A program made the translations under genes and the position numbers. This document shows positions 35,484 through 42,203 of a DNA stretch of 42,203 nt, one piece after another. Origin of the DNA: a virus (lineage: Duplodnaviria > Caudoviricetes); IMG/VR virus record IMGVR_UViG_3300020045_006235, positions 1 to 42,203 of that record. The stretch is one strand, 5' to 3'. The notes beneath the pieces are model-generated. The model searched no databases. It was not told the origin of the DNA and was given only the letters and a program-made list of their open reading frames with translations. The first letter of the stretch is position 1. Each line of letters begins with the position of its first letter.

Positions 35484-36800
35484 TTACACTAATTCGATTG
35501 CTGTTTTCACGGCTGCAAAAGTAGTTTTTAAGAACGCTACTTTTTCATTCTCATAAATCCACAAGTGGTAACGAGATTCTCCAATAAGAGTGTACATGTT
35601 ACTTTCAAAGTCAGATACAATTGAGGCAGCTGTTGCGCTTCCAACGATACCTTGTCCGATTCTAACCGTGAATGATTTGTAATTGTCCATTCTTAATTTT
35701 TTCCAGTCAGCAACAATAAATGTACCAGCAGGAACAGAAACACCATCGGCAACTTCCACGATTCTTACACCTGAAATTGTAGTACCATCAGGCATTACAA
35801 ATGGAGGGAATACGTATTGGTCGTTTTCGTCTTTTGTTGCTCCCATTGCATAAATATCCGGCGAAGGAACTAAAACGGCATTCGGAATGTATTTTCCTTT
35901 TGATGCAATTTTTACAGCAAAAATAGCGGCTCTAATAGCATCATAGTTGTTTGGGTCTAATGTTGTAGCTGCTAAAGCTCCTGCAACAAATCCCGGTGCG
36001 AAACCAGAAACAACCGTAAAAATATCAGTTTGAACTCCGATAGCGTGTTCGTAAGCCAATTCGTTGCGAATAGCTGACATAATGAAAGGAATATCATCTA
36101 AAGCCTCTTCAGAGATTTTAGTTCTTCCTGCCATTTTACGAGCTTGTGAATAACGAATAACAAAAGCAATAGAGATAAGCGGTTTCAACGCTCCCTCTGC
36201 CGTAATTGTCATTGTTCCCTCAGTTGGCGATTTGTCAACATAAGCGATAGTAGCTTTTGAAGTGTTGCCTCTTGAAAGGTAGTTCAAAATGTACTCTTGT
36301 TGTCTTACATCCTCGGCATAAGTAGTCTGGTCCTGTGCTACATAACTAATTGGTGTAGCTACTGCACCTGTTACTGAACCTGTTGACATATTCACAGGAA
36401 CTTTAACAGTCATTTCAAGTTCAAAACCATTACGCCCAGAAGCTTGTGATTTTTCTTTTACTTGTGGTAAAAAGGTTTTCAATCCCTCTTCAATGGCTTT
36501 AAATAAATCAAATTCTCCTCTACCATTTACGGCAGTTGGGTTTTCTTTGATAATTCGAAGGTCTTCTTTAAGCTCGTCGAATTGCTCTTTTGTGATTCCC
36601 GGTTGCAATTTCAATGCTGCAATTTGGGTTTCAATTTCAGTTTTTTGAGCGGCTGTCAATTCAGCTTTCAAAGATTCCTTGCCGGCTTCAATAGCTTCTT
36701 TTTGCAATTTGGCTTCGTATGCTCTTTTTTCGGTTGCGTAGGTATCTCTTTCCGCTGCCGACATTGCCTCTAATTGGGCATCAGTTTTGTAAACAAACAT
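35484..36800 (-). CDS. Major capsid protein (HK97 fold, coiled-coil delta domain)
   Basis: Start MFVYKT at 36800; EGALKP, KISEEALDD, KDENDQY, FIVADW, DFESN. Confidence 0.88.
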   Translation of the reverse strand: MFVYKTDAQLEAMSAAERDTYATEKRAYEAKLQKEAIEAGKESLKAELTAAQKTEIETQIAALKLQPGITKEQFDELKEDLRIIKENPTAVNGRGEFDLFKAIEEGLKTFLPQVKEKSQASGRNGFELEMTVKVPVNMSTGSVTGAVATPISYVAQDQTTYAEDVRQQEYILNYLSRGNTSKATIAYVDKSPTEGTMTITAEGALKPLISIAFVIRYSQARKMAGRTKISEEALDDIPFIMSAIRNELAYEHAIGVQTDIFTVVSGFAPGFVAGALAATTLDPNNYDAIRAAIFAVKIASKGKYIPNAVLVPSPDIYAMGATKDENDQYVFPPFVMPDGTTISGVRIVEVADGVSVPAGTFIVADWKKLRMDNYKSFTVRIGQGIVGSATAASIVSDFESNMYTLIGESRYHLWIYENEKVAFLKTTFAAVKTAIELV

Positions 36801-36813
36801 AGTTTTAGTGTGT

Positions 36814-37611
36814 TTAGTTAATAAAATGTTTTTTTTTCGGTTGATTGTCGTTTGACGGATCGTTTTTATCTGAAGTGGCAGAGCCGGATTCATATATTAT
36901 TGGAGTTGCGCTATTCGAACCAAATAAACACAGACTGCCCTCTTTTTCAATACTTGCTTCATCGATAGCCCAAAAATAGCCATCCTCTTCGTCTTTATCT
37001 ACATTTACAACTTGACCGACTCTTTCATCCCAAATGGTTTTGTACTTTTGTAAATCAGGGTCTTTCGTATTGATTGCTAACTTCATAGTTATGTAACGCA
37101 TTCTTACAGAATTCTCAAAGATAGTTTTTTCCTCGAATAATTCTTTTATTTTTGGTATTTTAATTTTATCTTTTGCAATTTCGTAAATTAACGCCTGTGT
37201 TTCGCCCTCGTAATCGAAGCCTAATTCTTTCCAAGTTAACGTTTTTACAAAAGCGGTTACATCGTTTGGAAATGCAATTACATTGTCAATTGATAGTTTA
37301 TGCTCCAACACGTAAAAGATTTTCTTTGATTTATCTTTTAATGAACGGTTCCAAATATTAGGAAAATGCACATCTCCGTGAGAATCTTTGATATTAGTTG
37401 TGTTAATTACCGGGTAAACAAAACCATCTTTTACAAAGTTCAAAGATTTGAATGATTCTTTTTTCTCCTCAAAGAATATAGAAACGGTATCACTTTCCTT
37501 AATAGCCGCTTTTTTAAGTTCGATTATTTTAGATTCATTCGCAATCAATTCCTTAATCATTTCAGATTTAGAATCGAATTCTTTGTTTAGTTCTTTGCAA
37601 AATACTTTCAT
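36814..37611 (-). CDS. Prohead protease-like protein
   Basis: Between portal and capsid; NIKDSHGDVH, LEH, NSVRM, EGSLCLFGSNSATP. Confidence 0.7.
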   Translation of the reverse strand: MKVFCKELNKEFDSKSEMIKELIANESKIIELKKAAIKESDTVSIFFEEKKESFKSLNFVKDGFVYPVINTTNIKDSHGDVHFPNIWNRSLKDKSKKIFYVLEHKLSIDNVIAFPNDVTAFVKTLTWKELGFDYEGETQALIYEIAKDKIKIPKIKELFEEKTIFENSVRMRYITMKLAINTKDPDLQKYKTIWDERVGQVVNVDKDEEDGYFWAIDEASIEKEGSLCLFGSNSATPIIYESGSATSDKNDPSNDNQPKKKHFIN

Positions 37612-37674
37612 TTTTTTACATCTTTATCGATTTCTTTTAATCGTTTTTCCAATACTCGTTTAACAATTGGATTG

Positions 37675-38946
37675 TTAGTTTCCTGTATTTGTTTGACTAT
37701 TTCCGCTTTGGTTTGTTCTTGTTGCAGTTTCATAATTCAATTCTGTAAAATTAGTATCCATACATTCGTTAATCTCATCTACTGTAACGCCTGCTTTCAT
37801 TAAATTTAAAAGCGTTTCAGATTTAACCTTATCCGTTTCGGCTCGTTCTTTTGCGAAAACTTGCATAAATGGCAAATGTTCCCAATCAATAACAATTGAT
37901 TTACCCTCTTTTGAATATCCAAAGAAATTAGCGTGACCCTCAAAAAATAGATTTCCTTTAGGCTGTAAACAATAAGAAACAAATGCCCCTCTTGCTTTTT
38001 CTTGGTTTTCGTATGTTCCGCTGTTGTATGCCTCTAAAACGTCTTTAGGAATATTATACATCGAGCCTATTAAAAAATATTGGTCTAAATAGATTTCAGA
38101 TAATTTTAATGCACCAATATTCTCAACAAAACGCTTAATATCAATCATTGATTTAACAGCGTGAACAGATTTACGTCCGTTTACTTTTTGTTCAATGGTC
38201 AGCTTTTCAGCTTCACTCATTGGTAATTGAGAAACATTGTCGGGGTCTGCTTGGCCGGCAACCATAAACTTTCCAGAATAACGGACGTTTATATTCGTAG
38301 CATCCAAAGAAGCTTCTGAATTGCTTATAATTTTAATCAAAGCATCAATTCTGCTATTACCCTTAAACCAATTTCCTGTACCGTTTGAAAGGTCTGGAAT
38401 ATGAATAATATTGCCCCATTTTAATTTAGTCGCTGAACCATCTGCATAATTGTACTCTAATTGAAAGTTTTTAAGTTTGTTTAATTCAGATTTAGATAAT
38501 ACCAATTTATCCTTATAAACTTCCATTTCAGTAGGAAATTCAATTTTATTGTTTTCTAAAACGTAAAGAATATTGTCTTCTGAAACTATTTTAGATTCAC
38601 AATAATTATAAGTATTTCCGAGCATATTCCAAAACATAACATCCCACAAAAATTGTGATTGCACTTGAAATGGATTTGGATTCTTAATCATTTTTAAAAA
38701 TGGGTCGTCTGGTAATTCTACACCATCCTTATAAACGTAAACTTTACCAATACTAAATAAGTCACATTGTAATGCAAAAACTTTTAATAAAGCCTGATTT
38801 GAAAATATAAGTTTAAGTTTAAGATAATCTGTTGTGCAGTTTTCGTAGTTGGTGATGCCGTTCAATTCCCTATTTACATACATAATAAGAGAATCGAGGT
38901 TATCCAATCCGAGGTAATTAATTAAACTATTTTTAATCCAGCTCAT
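37675..38946 (-). CDS. Portal protein, copy B
   Basis: 423 aa; NPNPFQ, TYENQEKA; between TerL and protease. Confidence 0.85.
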   Translation of the reverse strand: MSWIKNSLINYLGLDNLDSLIMYVNRELNGITNYENCTTDYLKLKLIFSNQALLKVFALQCDLFSIGKVYVYKDGVELPDDPFLKMIKNPNPFQVQSQFLWDVMFWNMLGNTYNYCESKIVSEDNILYVLENNKIEFPTEMEVYKDKLVLSKSELNKLKNFQLEYNYADGSATKLKWGNIIHIPDLSNGTGNWFKGNSRIDALIKIISNSEASLDATNINVRYSGKFMVAGQADPDNVSQLPMSEAEKLTIEQKVNGRKSVHAVKSMIDIKRFVENIGALKLSEIYLDQYFLIGSMYNIPKDVLEAYNSGTYENQEKARGAFVSYCLQPKGNLFFEGHANFFGYSKEGKSIVIDWEHLPFMQVFAKERAETDKVKSETLLNLMKAGVTVDEINECMDTNFTELNYETATRTNQSGNSQTNTGN

Positions 38947-38994
38947 TAATAATGATTTATTTTATACAAATATATAATTTATTTTGTATAAATA

Positions 38995-40233
38995 TTAATT
39001 TTTTTCGTAGTGTCTTCGTAAATACATCATTGGGTCAATTAAATCATCCATTTCCTTTAAAACCTCGTCATCAATAGTGCCTAATCTATCCTGTCTATAT
39101 TGGTAACTTTGATGTTCTAATTCTATGCCTTTGCTGCAATCGGTATAGTGTACGTTTGTAGACTGCATTAAGGTTATATTAGCCATAACAGAACCTTTAG
39201 GCTTATCAATTCCATAAGCATATTCCCATCCGTAATTACGCAATAAACGAATATTATCAGGTCTTGCACTATCACATACAATAGTAGCATCTTTTGGAAT
39301 TCCTACTTTTTTAACCGTGTAAATTATAATACCACCGTTTTGAGCATTGTTTACATAGGCTTTTTCGCTATCCGATAATTCAGAAATAAGTTTGTTTTCT
39401 GATTTGTAGTTTAATTCGTGAGTATAAAAATCATTGCTGTACCTATCAAATTTACCCTCAACGATACCAAATCCGTGATTTTTACCCCAGTCAATTGAAT
39501 ATACTTTTTGTAGATTTATATTCAGATATTCAGGATAGGGAATAGGTTTAAAATGCGTAAATATTCTACCCTCAACGCTCCCAACTTCTCCAAGCCCGTA
39601 CACTCGCCAAATATTCGCCCAGTATTCATTTATGATTATTCCGGTGTCAGAATATCCTTTTTTATAGTAATCCAAAATAGATTCAATCTCTTCTTTGCTT
39701 AAATACTCGTTATCTTTGAAAGTTAAATTGATAAAATTATTTGTTTCAATTAAATCGTGTGCCCAGAATTTCTTATCAGGGTTAAAATCGACAATATTCA
39801 GTTTACAACGTGAGGCAACTTGTCTATAAGATTCTAATTTTAATTTGTTACCTTCATTGAAATAGGCTAAATCCCTACGCATTCCTTTTCCGACATCGTG
39901 AGTATCCAATCCTAAAAATTCAATAAAAGTGCCGTTTTTGAATGTGAATTTATTTTCAGCAATATTCCACCGTCCATACTGCATCATATTCCAATCGTCC
40001 ATAATATTTAAAAAATCCTGTATTACAGTCTTTTTCATTTTGGATAGTTCAGCCGATATAATAGATATTTTTTTCTTTTCGTTACGGTGTGCGTAATCGA
40101 TAATTAACATCAGGATTGATATTGTTTTGCCAGCCCCAAGTCATTGACCACCGCTTACTACATAAACTCTACTTTGATTAAAAAGTAGTTGTTTAATCTT
40201 GTAGAGTGCGGTGGTCGGTTTGAATTTAAACAT
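38995..40233 (-). pseudogene. terL: Terminase large subunit, copy B, with 6-bp insertion (TGA stop) in Walker A
   Basis: ATG 40233 overlaps the TerS stop (TAATG); reads ...VYVVSGGQ*LGAGKTISILMLIID; AYFNE, DFNP, SIDWG and DDLIDP motifs are intact. Confidence 0.85.
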
Positions 40234-40580
40234 TACTCTTTATTGTCGAGGGGGTTTTCTCCAAAGATAGGAGTTTGTGTCAAAGTTTGTCCGTTACTTG
40301 TAACGTCGGTTTGTTGCATTGCCTTGCCCTCTGTTCTATCGGTAACTTCTTTCAGGTATGGTAAATCACTTTCGCTTTCTTTGAGTGCGTTGTAGGCTAA
40401 TTGTTGCGCTTTTGTTTCTGGATTAAAAGCGTCAAACTCGTTTATATCCAATCTAATCAGGTAGTTATACCAATAAGAAATAGAAGTATCTTTAGACCAT
40501 CTACCGGATGCTCTATTTTGAGGATTATCTCCAAAACCCCCTTTTCCTTCTGGATTTTTTACTTTTTTCTCGTCTGACAT
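40233..40580 (-). CDS. terS: Terminase small subunit, copy B
   Basis: Start MSDEKK at 40580; NPEGKGGF...GR...DRTEGK..Q..DVT; coupled to TerL; no visible similarity to TerS A. Confidence 0.75.
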   Translation of the reverse strand: MSDEKKVKNPEGKGGFGDNPQNRASGRWSKDTSISYWYNYLIRLDINEFDAFNPETKAQQLAYNALKESESDLPYLKEVTDRTEGKAMQQTDVTSNGQTLTQTPIFGENPLDNKE

Positions 40581-40603
40581 TAAACTTGCTTTGTAGTTTG
40601 TAG

Positions 40604-40662
40604 AAAAAAACCGCTTCAACCCTAACACCGAAATCGAAGCGGTAAAAATTTGTTAATTATGA
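40604..40662 (-). terminator. 59-bp leader/attenuator identical to 3496-3554
   Basis: Exact repeat; TAGATTTG -7 box at 40667-40674. Confidence 0.75.
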
Positions 40663-40671
40663 ATAGCAAAT

Positions 40672-41016
40672 CTACACTATTGGATTGACAATTGCAAGTT
40701 CTTGACCTGTTAATGCGAAATAAAGGTTTTGGAGTTGGTGTAAGAATTCAGATTCCAACTCCCATTCATCAGATAAATACAATGTGATTTTTCCATTTTG
40801 AAAACCATAACTAAATCCTTTTCTAATCAACTGTTTTTCAATTTTCCTATATATTTCAACAGTTAGCGGTATAGGATTTATTTCTTCATACAATTCGGAT
40901 ATGCTGCCAAATTCATCATTACTTGCTTTTACTATAGTGCCATTCAATTCTTCTACGCAAAGAATATTATTCCAAAACTTTACATAATTCCCTATTCTTA
41001 ATTCATTTGCTTTCAT
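40672..41016 (-). CDS. Hypothetical phage protein (MKANELRIGN family)
   Basis: ELRIGN...PIPLT...LHQLQNLYFALTGQEL. Confidence 0.75.
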   Translation of the reverse strand: MKANELRIGNYVKFWNNILCVEELNGTIVKASNDEFGSISELYEEINPIPLTVEIYRKIEKQLIRKGFSYGFQNGKITLYLSDEWELESEFLHQLQNLYFALTGQELAIVNPIV

Positions 41017-41324
41017 AACTCATTAAATATTTGGTTTGCTTTTTCTATTGCTTCATTGGTCGCTTCTGTTCGTGAATCAACCTCTATTTTTGTTTCTAAA
41101 AAATTATGTAGGTGCATTCCGTTTTTACCTGTTATTATGTAATACCAATGATTAAAAACAATTCCCATACAGTTTCTTTTAGGATGGATATAAATCCCAA
41201 CCAAATCAAAAAACTCAATAATCAGTGCATTTTGACAGGCTTCTGGTAACTCTATGAACTCTTTGTAATCGTATGCGCATTTGTCCCCGAACGCATCCAA
41301 ACATTTACCATTTAGTTTTTTCAT
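41013..41324 (-). CDS. Hypothetical protein, homolog of 3760-4095
   Basis: Start MKKLNGKCL at 41324. Confidence 0.7.
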   Translation of the reverse strand: MKKLNGKCLDAFGDKCAYDYKEFIELPEACQNALIIEFFDLVGIYIHPKRNCMGIVFNHWYYIITGKNGMHLHNFLETKIEVDSRTEATNEAIEKANQIFNEL

Positions 41325-41554
41325 AGTTTTTCTATTTCTGTTTTTACTTGTTGCCAATAGTCTAATCTGCTTTGAGCATAGCCATCCGTGTTATCGAATT
41401 CTAATATCTCAGAAACTACTTCATCAATTAATATAATAGCTTTTCGTTTTAAATCGTTTCTGGCATATTCTGAACAATTGTCCCACAACTCTTTTGTTAT
41501 TTTTCCATTATTGATTTTCTCTAATAACTCTACTGCTTTTATTTTATGTTTCAT
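41321..41554 (-). CDS. Hypothetical protein
   Basis: MKHKIKAVEL...YWQQVKTEIEKL. Confidence 0.7.
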   Translation of the reverse strand: MKHKIKAVELLEKINNGKITKELWDNCSEYARNDLKRKAIILIDEVVSEILEFDNTDGYAQSRLDYWQQVKTEIEKL

Positions 41555-41612
41555 AATAATCAATTTTAAGCCACTATTTTATATAAAGTGGTAGTTTGGT
41601 ATTGGTTTTGGG

Positions 41613-41999
41613 TTATTGTTGCTGTAATAACTCAGGATTGGCGTGTATGTTTCCGATAACAACTGCTCTGTATTTCCATTCTGAATTTTGCAATCCATTG
41701 CTTGACAATTTGCCTTTGTATCTAATAAAATCTGTGTCCCATTGTCCTGCGTGTTCGTGCCATACAACTTTTACAATTCTATCTTTTGAATCTAAAATAT
41801 CCCCTTCGTAAATTTCAACACCGTTCTTGTCGTGTAGTCCTGTGAATTGCCCAACTGATTCTGGTATTACTTTTTGAGTATAAATATGCGTTCCTGAAAG
41901 TGTTTCAATAAAAAATATACCGTAAGCATCTTTTACAAGCAGACCGTGAACTAATCCAAATCCATCTTTTCTTAATCCTCTAAACTTAATCTCTCTCAT
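41613..41999 (-). CDS. YopX-family protein
   Basis: MREIKFRG...GQFTGLHDKNGVEIYEGDI...VIGNIHANPELL. Confidence 0.9.
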   Translation of the reverse strand: MREIKFRGLRKDGFGLVHGLLVKDAYGIFFIETLSGTHIYTQKVIPESVGQFTGLHDKNGVEIYEGDILDSKDRIVKVVWHEHAGQWDTDFIRYKGKLSSNGLQNSEWKYRAVVIGNIHANPELLQQQ

Positions 42000-42018
42000 A
42001 ACTCTCTCTTTAAATGTT

Positions 42019-42156
42019 CTACAATTGGTTTAAATAAACCGCAATCTCCTTTAACAATTCGTGGTGTTTTTTCTCTACCCGGTACGAAAACATTTTTTTA
42101 TCGCTTGGAGGTCTGCCTGATCCTTTGGGGTTGGTTGGGGTTTTGGGTTGGTTCAT
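42019..42156 (-). CDS. Small putative DNA-binding protein (GRP motif, RHH-like), 45 aa
   Basis: Hand-translated MNQPKTPTNPKGSGRPPSDKKMFSYRVEKKHHELLKEIAVYLNQL; positional analog of 4369-4521. Confidence 0.6.
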   Translation of the reverse strand: MNQPKTPTNPKGSGRPPSDKKMFSYRVEKKHHELLKEIAVYLNQL

Positions 42157-42203
42157 TGGTTTATAGTATTAATATCAATAGCAAGACCGTTTTCGATAAG
42201 ATT

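Noticed and set aside
38995-40110. The 371-aa ORF as the complete TerL
   Set aside because: It lacks Walker A; the coupled ATG at 40233 and the split P-loop lie upstream in the same frame.
20282-40628. Longest-ORF starts at 22492, 24248, 34609, 36893 and 40628
   Set aside because: The extensions run through terminators, promoters or upstream genes; internal ATGs fit better.
2284-41811. Short antisense or nested ORFs in the track (e.g. 2284, 2651, 13096, 16855, 22080-22378, 23048, 30112, 31128, 33513, 34110, 40189, 41596)
   Set aside because: They overlap well-supported genes and have no motifs or initiation context.
42121-42160. G-rich tract as a G-quadruplex or telomere-like element
   Set aside because: Explained by Pro/Thr/Asn codons of the minus-strand ORF 42019-42156.
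1-42203. Genome-wide stop-codon reassignment (TAG to Gln, TGA to Trp)
   Set aside because: Genes of 700-865 aa are intact in code 11, TAG and TGA end many genes with ATGA coupling, and the internal stops are of all three types.

Overview
AT-rich tailed-phage DNA, most likely a siphovirus of a Flavobacterium-like (Bacteroidota) host; promoters have the TAnnTTTG -7 box. The window spans slightly more than one ~37 kb genome unit. Most genes are on the minus strand: packaging/head (37.6-40.6 kb), capsid/tail (24.3-37.6 kb), fibre-like genes and lysis (17.8-22.4 kb), and recombination/replication (4.5-14.9 kb). A short plus-strand early operon lies at 15.0-17.8 kb. The two ends carry homologous but clearly different portal-TerL-TerS regions that share near-identical short linkers; this could be a chimeric assembly, tandem relatives or alternative modules. 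The right TerL has a 6-bp stop-containing insertion in its Walker A. The strongest novel signal is an integrase-less, integron-like cassette array at 16.2-17.6 kb. It has two ~128-bp attC-like TAAC...GTTA hairpins whose loops contain the start codons of the cassette genes (a hypothetical protein and a C5 DNA methyltransferase), and each gene is bracketed by complementary ends. Other leads: tail-fibre-like proteins with Sec signal peptides, a kissing-loop attenuator, a rearranged GHKL ATPase and Fur-like boxes. No integrase, clear CI repressor, tRNA, CRISPR or reverse transcriptase was seen. All calls are from reading the sequence; no database searches were run.
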